DNA of 64,000 bases from Botryllus schlosseri (GCA_051294905.1 CM119372.1:7008001-7072000), one strand, 5' to 3'; counted from the stretch's first letter, positions 51,271 to 64,000 are shown. The notes: generated by a model not told the origin, from the letters alone. A program made the numbers and translations.

Positions 51271-53837
51271 GGTGATCCGTCGTTTACCTGAGTAAAAATA
51301 TCATTTTCCTTTGGGGATCTGGCGTTTACCCAGTGTAACAATACATTTTCTCTTGGTCATCTAGCTTTTCCTAGAGTAACAAAACCATTTTCATTTTGAA
51401 ATCTGACAAACACACCTGACAATTTGATATTTTTGTATATTGTTACAACGGATAGCGACAAAATATACACAAAAACAACTCCAATACATTTGTGTAATCG
51501 CATATTCACTTGTGCTGATGCAACCCATCAAAATCATCGGTTAACCACATACAATATCCTCTTGTACACAGAAATGCATGTTTCGGAAAATTGGACAATA
51601 GACTTCGATAGTTCTGTGATGTCCAGGTTCACGCTTTGGATTTTCCAGAGTCAAAATGTCTGAATAAAACACCTCCTCCACGATGGTTGGTATGTGGATA
51701 ACGGTATTCGGAAAACGGTTGGATTTATGTCACCCATCGCGATAACAACTCCAGGTCGAGTTTTCCTCCGCATGTTTACTATATTGTGTCTTTAATGGTC
51801 ATGTATGTCTCGACATTCAGTTTGAAATCGGAAACCCTGATAAAGTATGTAACCGGATCCGGATATCAATTCTGAATCGATAAACCAATGAACAATATTC
51901 AAAGTAAACATGTTACACCCTGTGTTTCCACGAAAAAATACCATCCATACATACGTCGCGCTTGTTTGCCCACACCAGTATACGCGTAAATGGAGGTGTG
52001 TGACATTGCATGCAATGTGTTGGTATACAAACATCGATCCACAGACATTATCATAGCCGGTAGTTTTGATGTAGATCGAATGTCATCACACCCGATAACA
52101 ATGTCATACCAATAAGCCACATTGCAACGACTCTGAGTCAATCTGAAGCAGGACATACAGACACACAAACATGGAACCGTAACATGGGTTATTCGCACGA
52201 CAGTGAAAGTGAACTGTACAGTACATACCAATATTGTGATCACAGTCAAATATGTGAACCGTGCACAATCATATACCCAGGTTTTTGTTGGATCTGTACT
52301 AAACCGATAAATCGATACATTTCTTTTCCTTTGACGTCAACAATACAATCATCATTCTAATGTATCGCTCGAATGTGAGGTTCATCTGGTGTAAAATCCA
52401 TGTCAAATAACACCAAAGTGTGCTTTCCGTGTTTTATTATTTCCACCGTCGCTTCTTGTCTGTGTCGTAACACTATGGTGCGGGGAGTTGAAAAACGGTG
52501 GATTGTGAAACGGATTGACATGACCAACAGAATCGACGTCAATAGACTTGTGACGATGCCGTTTCAAAATGTTACCGATCTCTTGTGGTGATGACCGTTT
52601 CGAAATGTTACCAGACGAACTGGACCCTTACGATGATGTGTTTTATGATTGCGTGTGAAATCGCGAGGTAGTGTTCTATTGTGGTGTACGATTGCAGTCT
52701 TCATTCCACAGAAACATACCTTATTGGATCACAGTATCAGTCCGAGATTTGCACGATATTTATCTGGAGTCGTTATGTGGGAGTAGCGACATCGATGCAT
52801 CGTGACTGAAAGACTGATCGCAATCATTTCGAGCACCCATACTTCGATAGTTCACATTGGTCAAACGCTGCAGCAGAAAACTTCGGTGTCGACAACGCGA
52901 CGGATATTGACCGATGTCTCCAATTGATCTGGGACGTCTGTCCGGAGATAGGGTCATGACTAATACCGCGGACTCAGAGTCGTTGCAATGTGGCTTATTG
53001 GTATGACATTGTTATCGGGTGTGATGACATTCGATCTACATCAAAACTACCGGCTATGATAATGTCTGTGGATCGATGTTTGTATACCAACACATTGCAT
53101 GCAATGTCACACACCTCCATTTACGCGTATACTGATGTGGGCAAACAAGCGCGACGTATGTATGGATGGTATTTTTTCGTGGAAACACAGGGTGTAACAT
53201 GTTTACTTTGAATATTGTTCATTGGTTTATCGATTCAGAATTGATATCCGGATCCGGTTACATACTTTATCATTTCCGATTTCAAACTGAATGTCGAGAC
53301 ATACATGACCAATAAAGACACAATATAGTAAACATGCGGAGGAAAACTCGACCTGGAGTTGTTATCGCGATGGGTGACATAAATCCAACCGTTTTCCGAA
53401 TACCGTTATCCACATACCAACCATCGTGGAGGAGGTGTTTTATTCAGACATTTTGACTCTGGAAAATCCAAAGCGTGAACCAGGACATCACAGAACTATC
53501 GAAGTCCATTGTCCAATTTTCCGAAACATGCATTTCTGTGTACAAGAGGATATTGTATGTGGTTAACCGATGATTTTGATGGGTTGCATCAGCACAAGTG
53601 AATATGCGATTACACAAATGTATTGGAGTTGTTTTTTGTGTATATTTTGTCGCTATCCGTTGTAACAATATACAAAAATATCAAATTGTCAGGTGTGTTT
53701 GTCAGATTTCAAAATGAAAATGGTTTTGTTACTCTAGGAAAAGCTAGATGACCAAGAGAAAATGTATTGTTACACTGGGTAAACGCCAGATCCCCAAAGG
53801 AAAATGATATTTTTACTCAGGTAAACGACGGATCACC

Positions 53838-54405
53838 AAGTGAAAAAGGTTTGTAACCCAGGGAAAAATATATTTCCAAGCGAAAAGGTTTGTTACCCAG
53901 GAAAAAAAATATATTTCAAAGTGAAAAAGGTTTGTTACCCAGGAAAAAATATATTTGCAAGTGAAAAAGGTTTGTTGCTCAGGGAAAAAGGTTTGTTACC
54001 CGGGGAAAAAATATATTTCCAAGTGAAAAAGGTTTGTTACCCAGAGAAAAAATATATTTCCAAGCGAAAAAGGTTTGTTAACCAGAGAAAAAATATATTC
54101 CCAAGTAAAAAAGGTTTGTTACTCAGAGAAAAAATATATTTCCAAGTGAAAAAGGTTTGTTACTCAGAGAAAAAATATATTTCCGAGTGAAAAAGGTTTA
54201 TTACCAAGAGAAAAAATATATTTCCAAGTGAAAAAGGTTTGTTACTCAGAGAAAAAATATATTTCTGAGTGAAAAAGGTTTATTACCAAGAGAAAAAATA
54301 TATTTCCAAGTGAAAAAGGTTTGTTACCCAGAGAAAAAATATATTTCCAAGTGAAAAGGGGTTTGTTAGTCAGGCCAAAAATGTATTTCCAAGCGAAAAG
54401 GGGAT
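53838..54405. repeat. ~40-41-bp minisatellite (right arm, reverse complement of 50620-51270)
   Basis: Unit CCAAGTGAAAAAGGTTTGTTACCCAGAGAAAAAATATATTT. Confidence 0.92.
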
Positions 54406-57400
54406 TGTTACACTGGGTAAACGATAAATCTCCAAAGGACAATGGTATTTTAGTTAGGTAACGGTGGACCTCTAAGTTAAAATGATAATTTTACACAGGT
54501 AAACGTCAGTTGTCCAAACCAGAATGATATTTTTACTTGGGTAGGTATCTTGTGTTCAACGCCGGTAGTGTGATTGGTCTTGTTAAACGTAGTTACCGAG
54601 TTGTACAATTATGAAGGGGCGGAAAATGAAATTGCTATTATGATCGTCAGAAGATTGTTGTATGTAGATTTGACAGTAACCCTATATATGACAAACACAA
54701 TCATGGCCATTAACTAACTTGCTCGGTCTAGATCAATGCAAAAGACATGATTCGTTTTTTGAAACCGTAGCGAAGGCCACATGTAAATCGATGTGATAGA
54801 CTTCTATCTCCTTACAGTCAGTCGTGTCGTGTCCATTTTAATACGGGGCCCACAGGTATGACATGCACACACTAACGCCGTGAACAGAAATCGATGATTT
54901 TGATTAATAAAAATATTTCTTGACTACATCGGAATGTCTATGTTGTAGAAAGTAAATACTTTTATGGTGTTGTGTGTTTAATGAAAGCGATTGGTTACAA
55001 GTATGTGTTGGAGAAAGAAAATTTATTTTTCTGTATGTGACGAAATGAAAATAGATTCGTGGTTTTAATTGGATTGTGCTGTTTAATGTACGTTTCAACA
55101 GGTAGACTTGACACTGAACAACAATTCGACCCGCAAAGCATATTCGTTGTATGATTTGTCACTGGTGTGTAAAGGGTTAGGAATATTTTGAATGATAATA
55201 TCTACTAGCTGTTTTGTTGTGAGAGCGATCATGTGATGACTCAGCGCTTTTCGTTAGCAAAGTAGATTGATCTATGTGAAAGATGTAAGGACCGTGGCTA
55301 GAAACATATGTACTTTGTTGTTGGGGAACTGCTATGATGTTGACATAACCCTCTGGAAGTGAGTATGCTTTTCTTTCACGAAAGTTTACGTGGCTCCGTT
55401 GTAATAAATTTGTGTTGACTAAACTCGAATGGATACTGCAATTGTGCTGGACTTACACATGGTATTCGCATACTGTACACATACAAACTTTTGTGTAAAC
55501 AACTCTGGTGTTTCTGTTCGTACTAGTTCTGTGTTGAACTATTTGATTATTAAGATACATGAACACCCATTCAGACAATAAAGTTCTTGTGATATCGAAA
55601 CAGTTTGTAGAGTCTAACCAACCATTCTTTAGTTTCGTAATGCGAGAATATCGAGTAAAGTTAATTACTTAGTGCGATGTTAATATCCTTCGTACTTTTG
55701 TAAGAGTTGTGGGATAACATACAAAGTAACTAATTGACACAAACAAAATGGTGATATTGTGAAGATGATGCCGCAACAAGTGATATTTTGTATCGGGTGT
55801 TTGTACTTTAGGAATAGCGGAGTGTGCGATATTTTGGATATGTGTGCACGGTTGTTAACTACGGTTGTTCTTGGGTCTTGAGTCGAGTAAATCAGAACTA
55901 TGTCTAGAATTCAAACACATCCAAGTAAGTTCTTTAGCGACTATGATTACATCTACTTTGACGAGAGGAAATGGGAAAATTCAAATGGATACTACTGACG
56001 AACAAAAAGTGCAAAATGGTTTTATCAGATTTAGGTGTAGGATATCCTTTCGATTTCTTTACCAGAGTGTGTTTTACAAATATCTCTAGTACACCAACGT
56101 ATAGGGTACAATTATCAAACGTCGTACAAATTGTTTATGCGACGGCAACGACTTTGGGTTACTTGGTTTCGATCCTTTTGTAAAAGATTGTCGGACAATG
56201 GCGTTATAATCTTCTGTAATGATCGAGGTACGTGATCAAGTTTCCAATCAATTAATAATCGGACATACGACTTTGGTTTAACGAATCATAATATTTCTAA
56301 AATGTTTGCTGGTATCATAAGACACAAATCGAAATTCATATCAATAAAGACCTTTGCATGCTCTGAGTTTTGTGATGGCGTTTATTTCACCTGATAGAAA
56401 TGAACTTGTGTCAATAGTAGCACGAAACGCATTTATCATTTTCGGTGTTATTGTTCACCCACTTCGACTGGTACTCGATGCCAAAAGTGATATTTTCTAA
56501 TAACCTTTACCACAACATCGGGTCTAATTATCGTGAATAATTTAATAATCAAGTCGTGGTCGAGCATTACAAAATCTCATATATCAAATCAATGTGTCAA
56601 TCCTTATGTTTACAGTATGATACCTTTCAATGTAAAACCGGCGTTTGATTGTAAGAAATGAATTCTCAACTACGTTGGTCAGGCATTCAAATCCGGTATC
56701 CTCAAATGTAATATGTTAATCTCAAACCACACACCGAGTAGTATTTACTTTGGTTTATAAAATATATCAAGCAGTAATTACTTTGTCTTACAAAATAGTA
56801 ACGACTTTTACAGTTGAAAAACAAAAGACGCGTCGTAGGGATATGAATACAACCGAGCTTGTTATGGATTTTGGGTTGCAGTGATTACTGGCGTAGTCTT
56901 GTCTACTTTTCATAAGGATACTTTTTGCTTTGGTTGGGTAAGTTACAAACGGATTGACTTGACAAGGTTTTTTGTATTTTACTCTTTTGTTTATGGGAAG
57001 ATGTTAAAATGTTGAGACGTAATACTATTTCCGTTCACTCGATTACAACAAAAAATAACCTGATAGTTTGTTCAAGGTTTCGACAAATAGATTGAAATAT
57101 TCCGATTTAACTCATCGCGTCGCAAGTCGATCGCGGTATGCACAAGTGGTTGTCAAGTTAGAAATATTTACAACAGGTGCTATTTCATTGATTGATTCTA
57201 TTGTGTGTAGTAACACATTAAAATATCGCGATAGTATTTACTGAAACTCTATTTGATAAACGGAAAACTCAGTCGTGAATAGAGTTGTAAGTTTCAAGGG
57301 TTGTTTCAAAGTATGATCTTGAAATGTGACTGGATCAAAGTTGGTAGTCATGTTTGTCAAAGTCAAAATATTTCATTTTGGATTATCTGGATTTAACTTT

Positions 57401-60101
57401 AGTACATCCCGCGAATGGATTCCGATGCGGTACTATAACATTTTTGATAATAATGACTCAAGGATTTTCAATCAACAATACTGGAATTTTTTGGTAATGC
57501 TAGAGTTGCCAAATGATTAGTTGCGTGTTTTTGTTAAGTGTTTGATTTCAAGTTAATAAAGACAATAACTGTGTAATGCACATACTTGTGATTCCTGATT
57601 CTTGTAGAGTTATTTGATTCTATAAGTGTGAAAACAGTGGCGCGGAATGTGCGAATAATTCGATGCGGCTGAAAGTCGGCGTCAGTAATATTCGGGTTAC
57701 GTTCGATTCAACAAAAACGCGTTAAGGGATTTGTCAAAGGATTAGAGTTGTACCGATTTAGAACATTCAGATACGAATCGACTTGATTTGTGTAGTGAGT
57801 TTCATTTCAAGTTGATAAACTAACACATTGATTGAATATTTTCATGGATCTTATCACGCAACTAAAGTCAGCCCCTATTCTGGAGGCGTGAAACATATAG
57901 CGATCGCGGGCGAGTGACAAATTGTCGGTTTTCCAATCACCACCTGCGACGGTTCTGTGACAAACTAATTACCGAAATATTACCTTGTGGGCGGGTATGA
58001 GGAATTGCCATGTCTGAAGTATTATCCGGTGAGTGGTCGTTGGATTTTAAAATTATATCACACCCTTTTGAATAAGCGTTCACTTCACAAAGGATTAGGG
58101 TTAGAGCGGAAATAAGTGACAATTTGTCGCTATTCAAGTTACCGCGGTCTGTTATTCGTTACTTGTTAAATCTTACCAGCGATATCAAGTTCTGTGACAA
58201 ACTGATTACTAAAATTTCACCGCGTGAGCGATCGGTATGGTTATGACACCAAGTCGTGAAAGATGGTTATGACCGAGACATTATCTTGTCAGCGATCGCG
58301 GGGTTTTGCAAACTATTTCACAGCTATTTGAAGTGTTAATTCGTGAGCGTTGTTATTGTTGATATTCGAATCGCCGTCTACGCCGGCTCTGTGGTAAACT
58401 AAATACCAAAATATTACCTTGCAAGTGATTCCTAGACTTGGTAAACTATTTCACACCTTTTTTGCTGAAAGTACGACATACCGCCCGCAGTCTATACCGA
58501 AAGTACGAATCACGACCGCACCCATAAGAAATAAGACCCGCCGCCATAAGAAATAAGTGCCGCTCGCCACCCCGGGTTTCGTGTTAGCATCAATAGCCGC
58601 TCACCACCCCCGCCATAAGACGCAATAGCCGCATGCGACCGCGCCCATAAGAACACATGGCGAGTCACCACAGATCCCGTAAGAATACACGACAGGCGAA
58701 TCACCGTCACCACCTATAGTAAAAAAGGCGAGTCACGACCACCGCGGTTGGCTGTGAAACAATTCAGCGCGCAGGTCATTCGAAATATAGGTCGCACTGC
58801 TTAATCCTCACAACAAGCCACGTTTCCGTCTGTGCGGTTATTGTTGGTGACTATTCAACACCACGCGAGAGATGGCTGAAAGTGCGCATCACGACCGCAC
58901 CCATAAGAACACATGGCGAGTCACCACATATCGCGTAAGAATACATGACAGACACATTTATCGTCGTTAGCATGTCGCCGCACGTATACCAAAAAACATA
59001 GGCATGCCACCACGAGTTTCACGTTAGCATGCCGCCGCCGTCTATACCCGAAAAAGGTAACCATGTCACCGCACCCATAAGACACAGTGGCACCATGCGA
59101 CCGCAGCCTATAGTTATAAGGGTCACCATGCCACCACGAGTTTCACGGCACCATGCCGCCGCAGCCTATACCCGAAAAGGTAACCATGCCACCGTAGCCA
59201 TAAGACACAATGGCACCATGCCACCCCCGCCATAAGACATAAGGGTCACCATGCCACCCCCGGTTTCTCGGCACCATGCCACCCCGCCCATAAGAACCCC
59301 AGCCACCTCACGACCGATCTACTATACTACTCTAATAGCGGAGAAAGAGAATTTTTGCAGAATAGCGTCGAAACCATGGATATATACTAGGGCTGTTCAA
59401 AAATAACTTTTTTTTCCCGATTCAAGCCGGTCACCTCATAAATCGTTTGGTTGCAGTAGAAAACCTTGCTCACCAAATTTCACTCGATTCCAACCAGTGA
59501 AGGCCTCCGCAGATCCAATTAAAATTTTTAATTTATTATGGAAAATTGAAAAAAAAATTTCCAAATATTCTGCCAACCCCATGAAATTGTGGAGCTGTCG
59601 TCAAAGACGTTGCAAAACAAATTTGAGTCAATTCCGACCAGTAGGACCGGAGTTACGTGAGTTTTTCGATGATAATCCGCGGATTATCCTTGATCGGTGG
59701 ATAATCCTCGATTTATCAACGAAAAACTCACATGCTTCGCATTGTTTTGAATAATGACATTGAATGAATAAATAGTATTTTTTGGTAAATTAACCCTCAC
59801 CCTCTCCTGGCCGAATTCTAACACATCCAATTCGTAGCGTTTGTCAACAATGTAATTCACTGTTGTCTATTTAGAAATAGGCTTATAATTCAAACTCTTG
59901 GCTCGATCCGCCAAGTTTTTTTGCTTTTTATTTGACCCACTTGGGAAAATAATTGTCCACCCCCGATATGTAGTATCGAGTTTCAATTCCCGAGTCATAT
60001 GGGCGTCCGATTGCAAATACTATTTTGAGTAGTCTCGACACCAATCTTGGATAGAATCTAACTATAAACTCAAATCTCTGCCAGTTTCTCTTCATATACA
60101 C

Positions 60102-60421
60102 CAGTGGTTCTCAACCTCTTTTTCAGTCACGCCCCCCTTTATGATAGTGAAAAATTTCGCGCCCCCCTTATCGTAATATCACAAAATCCAACGGGGATGC
60201 TAGCAACCCCAACAGATTGTTAGATGGCATGGAAGGTTATGACTGTTGACGAGAGAATTCAAAAATATGAAAATCGGTCTATATATAGAGAAACACGCGT
60301 GAATTGGAGGTAAATCGCGCACAGCGCGAAAAATGTTTGTAGTTGACCGCTTCTTCGCGCCCCCCTTCAGAAGCTTTCACGCCCCCTAAGGGGGGTGCGC
60401 CCCCCAGGTTGAGAACCACTG
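60102..60421. mobile_element. hAT-type MITE
   Basis: TIRs CAGTGGTTCTCAACC / GGTTGAGAACCACTG; perfect TSD ATATACAC; second copy at 63348-63607. Confidence 0.9.
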
Positions 60422-61609
60422 ATATACACATTTAGTAGTTGGTATCTGGATTATGCTACACACACTCGTTTAAATCTAATATCTAAATCTGTGATAATTA
60501 GAAGCACGCACTGAAATGACTGTTGTATATCTTTAACGAGTCAATCCGTTATATTAAAAGTATAGAACACAAATAATGGACACAAGTAAACCATGAAACG
60601 AAAACAAAGTCATTTAAACACATTGAAACAACGTCGTGAATGAGATGGGCAGCCGGTTAGCGAGGTAGCGACGATTACCACGACAAATATGAAGATTATG
60701 AAGATGGAGGTTGTAAGCCGTCTGGAATCTTTTAAAAAGGAAGAATTCATTGCAAACATCTTGCCAGCATGATAGGAAATCTGACACTTATAACCAGCTT
60801 CAGCAGCAGCATATGGGCCTGGACAACTAGAAGATTTTACACTTTTTTGAATTATTGATTAGAATTTATGTATACATTTATTTCCAAGTAACAATAGAAT
60901 TAGAATTATATCTCCAGTTTTTCTTTCAAATTAGATTATAACTATATCTATGCAGGTTTATTCCAAATCAGATTAGGATTAGAATTATTGAATTCGGGTA
61001 AAACTTGAAAATTGAATTAGGTTCATATCAAATCATTCAGTTCGTTATTATAAGCTCGTGGAAAGCGAAGGTCCGTACAGCCAAGCTTGGCTCTTTTTGC
61101 ACTATACAGTTCTGTAGCATTTCCTAAATGAATTACTTTCACTTGGGAAAATCACTACTACAGCTTCTGCTTTACGCTAAAATTTTGAGGTACTCCTAGA
61201 TTTTGCCTACTTGCACTACTTTTACAAGGAGCTATGATTTTAGATTGCTACTTCTAGATAATGATTTCCAGTTTTTTAGGGCAAAATTGATTCAAAATTC
61301 TATTTTTACTGCAAAATCGCTACTAATACTTGCACTAGGGTAGAAATGTACGTTGCTTCTACACCATTTCTATGCAACACAGTCGCTACTTTGACTAACC
61401 CTGTTGGCGACACTGGGTCTTGCATTTATTCATACAGACCTTGTAGCACGGGAGAATCCACCAGTTCTGAGGTTTCATCTTCATCAGAATATGATATATT
61501 TTTTAGAACCCCATCTCTAACATTCAGGACATATATGGGGCCGAACATGTGGCCGGAAACGGCTACGCTTCTTTCTTGCCCCGCAACGACGGTACGGGTT
61601 ATCGCAGTT

Positions 61610-62060
61610 CTGAAAACCGAGGTTTCTTATCAGATTGGAAGATGCGAAATACATGCATGAGGTGGTTTGCCGAGCTTGTACATCGAAGATTTATGGAATA
61701 TCAAACCAATAGTTTCAGATCTCAAAAAACCGCAGACTTACGGAATATCAAGCCAAGCCCAGATTGTCAGATTTCAGTTTTCGTAATTTTGCAGATACAG
61801 AACAGATTTACAGAACATCAAAAGATTGTGGAGTTTTCAGATTTAGAGTGTTCAGATTTCTAAAACCGCAGAGTCACGGAATATAGTTTTAACATTTGCG
61901 AGTTCAGTTTCATATGTCAAAAAATCGGAGATTTACGGAATATCAAGCTAGCTCAGAGTTTCAAGATTTAGGATTCGATATTTCAGTTTCCAGATTACGA
62001 AAAACGGCAATTTATGGAATAACAAGTAAAGAGTTCAAGTTTTCAAATTTAAGATCACCG
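61610..62060. repeat. Degenerate intronic tandem repeats (AAAACCGCAGATTTACGGAATATCAA..TTCAGATT)
   Basis: Motif recurs about six times at ~60-80-bp spacing. Confidence 0.55.
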
Positions 62061-63347
62061 AACACCTCCGCTGTACCAACATTTATCAAGAGCTTTCAGG
62101 TGGAATTGAAGAGTTCAAGAAGTCATCATAGGCCTATCTGTCGTTGTATTGGTTGTTTCCATATTGTCTAGTCGGGATTCAGAGAACAAGTTTTCCACAA
62201 TTTAGCCATCCCATTTAGCGTAAAACGACTCGAAGCGGTTCGGTTCAGAAGAGAGTTCTTACTAGAGAGCAGTCTCCGAGCGTGGCGTGGATGTAGAATT
62301 TATCGCACGCTGTCAAATGTGGGACTCTGAACGACAGGCAAACCCCGCCCTCGGAGCTGGCGGCCGTCGTGGACAGGTATCGACTGGAATCCTTTATGTA
62401 GCAGCCGTTGGAGATCAGATCCAGCGCCGAAGGCAGGGTTGAGTCAGCTGAGCAAGATAGAAAGAGTCGGAGGGGGCGAATAGCTGATAACTGAATAGGA
62501 ATTGTCGTTACGTTTCCAATATATCAAGCATAGTTTCAGTTCTTTTTTTCATCGTACTATATATATTAGACCAGGGGTGGCCAACCTTCTCGACCAAAGG
62601 GAAAGTTTGGGAATTTGTTCGTATTGCTTCTGCGATTGTAATTATCACATCAGCCGGCGAAAATGATGTTTGTATCATGGCAGCAGAATCTTTCGAAAAT
62701 TGCTCAATTAGTGGAGTAGACGGCCATTTTCTGTTTGTCACAAAGCATATATCTTGCAGTTTTTACAAAGTTAGACTAGAATTAAGACTAACAGTTTTTT
62801 TTCACAAATAGATTAGAAGTAAGAATTACTGAATTTGCGAAAACTTTGACATCGAATCAAATTCAGTTCATATCAAATTATAGTTCATTCTCATTAGCAA
62901 GATTTGACAATATTTGACAAATCAATCAAAATTAGATTGCTAGCAATCCGCTCTGAATAACTAGAACGAGAATAATGTAGTTCCGTCATAACTTGCCTCA
63001 AGTGCATCTTTTCGTTGACCGTATACAATGCCCCGTCGTTGAAAGAGAACTGGTCAGGACAGGCGTCAGGGCAGTAAGAGCCAGACTTACAGGCGTCTAA
63101 TAAACCGAACCCTCTCCTCACTCCACGCCCTGTCACTGTGGGCGCTGTATCGGTCCTGACAATGTGGAACGGGTGTACCATCAGATAATACAACGTATTT
63201 GGATTCGATAAAAAAGGGAGTTTGCGATTCGCTCCGGATTTGGATCGAATATGGATTCATGATTATTGTAAGGCAGATTTCTACTTGGACTTGAAATTCT
63301 ATTCATTTCCAATAATCCTGCGACTTTCCAAATTTCATCCATTACAG

Positions 63348-63607
63348 CAGTGGTTCTCAAACTCATTTTAGACACGCCCCCCTCATGATAGTAAAAAATT
63401 TCGCGCCCCCTTATCGACATATCATGAAATGCTACCAGATTGCTAGCAACCACAGCGGATAGTTTGATGGCATGGAAGGTTATGACTGTTGAGAATTCTC
63501 AAATATGAAATTCGGACTATACACAGAGCAATAACTATGAATTGGAGGTAAAGCGCGATTATTTTTAGTTGACCGCAGTTCGCACCCCTTCAGTTTGAGA
63601 ACCACTG
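63348..63607. mobile_element. hAT-type MITE, same family as 60102-60421
   Basis: TIRs CAGTGGTTCTCAAAC / GTTTGAGAACCACTG; TSD CATTACAG / CGTTACAG; shared interior. Confidence 0.85.
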
Positions 63608-64000
63608 CGTTACAGGAGTTTGATTAGTATATTGATGTTGAAATGAGCGCTAGTATTTTCGGCCGACAATCGTCAGGGTTTATCCAGTATAGACTCACGC
63701 TGGCAAGAGGGAAGTCACAAGTCACTATCCTGTACTGCCTCTGATACTCGCATACCGGAATCGCTATTTGCGCGGATCCAACCATCTTGTTCAACCATAT
63801 TCGTCCAGACACCAGCGTGCTGCCAGCGCTTTGACTCACAACTACGCCACATTTCGTGAAAGGCAAGGGAACCAGAAATTTATGATGGGTGCCGTTGTCT
63901 AAAGCAAGGGTATATAAATTTCCAGCTTTTCCAATTAGAATAGAATTAGAGCTGAGAACTACTAAGTTTTTTCCTTCTAAATTACACAGTAGAATTAGAG

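Larger units (their letters stand above)
45218..59331. mobile_element. Non-autonomous Polinton/Maverick-like element forming a giant palindrome (arms 45218-52139 and 52971-59331; spacer 52140-52970)
   Basis: Ends AGTAGTATAGTAGATCGG / CCGATCTACTATACTACT; perfect 6-bp TSD CTAATA (45212-45217, 59332-59337); arms are near-identical reverse complements (mirror ORFs such as 46412+/57937-, 47037-/57326+, 50918-/53840+). The palindrome is directly seen; the Polinton label rests on the termini and TSD length only. Confidence 0.85.
60610..63898 (-). pseudogene. 3' part of a zona pellucida (ZP)-domain membrane protein gene with frameshifts. Exons ~63898-63699, 63155-62997, 62490-62263, 61609-61440, 60818-60610
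   Basis: ZP-N-like PFTKCG..IPVCEYQRQY; ZP-C-like LYTVNEKMHL, LDLISNGC, CLSFRVP..FYIHATLGDC; furin-type site RKKR; external-hydrophobic-patch-like FGPIYV; transmembrane SIFIIFIFVVVIVATSL. Three frame breaks are needed to join these. Confidence 0.72.

Noticed and set aside
50620..54405. 40-41-bp repeat arrays as CRISPR, and the 116-aa KKVCYP ORFs as proteins
   Set aside because: Units are directly tandem with no unique spacers, no cas genes, eukaryotic context; the ORFs are translations of the minisatellite.
45218..59331. Giant palindrome as a simple long-read fold-back artefact
   Set aside because: TSD on both sides, unique flanks, and arm-specific MITE, repeat-number and substitution differences argue against it; spanning reads are still needed.
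12400..62600. Isolated hAT-like ends (~12400-12486, 15315, 29958, 30252, 30728, 59388, 62572)
   Set aside because: No partner TIR or TSD found, so boundaries cannot be supported.

Overview
Eukaryotic (animal) genomic DNA with short GT-AG introns and a very dense transposon load. An invertebrate, possibly a tunicate, is my guess; this cannot be proven from the sequence. Host genes: (1) a 12-exon KANSL2-like gene (+, 1-13108) with a long acidic C-terminal extension; (2) a spliced TIR-domain gene (-, ~13925-21983) not visible in the ORF track, possibly starting with a myristoylation-type MGSQLS; (3) an intronless antistasin-astacin-4xTSP1-FG-GAP gene broken by a frameshift and nested MITEs (36986-41740); (4) the 3' part of a frameshifted ZP-domain gene (-, 60610-63898). 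Mobile DNA includes a pogo-like element, many hAT-type MITEs with 8-bp TSDs (often nested), a full-length degenerate Gypsy element (22405-29691) carrying a hAT element and a LINE fragment, and a foldback/MULE-like element with a 9-bp TSD (32692-36222). The standout is a 14.1-kb element (45218-59331) with Polinton/Maverick-type AGTAGT...ACTACT ends and a perfect 6-bp TSD (CTAATA). It is almost entirely a palindrome (6.9-kb and 6.4-kb near-identical inverted arms around an 831-bp spacer) with no recognisable Polinton gene: a candidate non-autonomous, copy-back 'defective' Polinton that may carry a decayed captured receptor gene. All calls come from manual reading; no searches were run.
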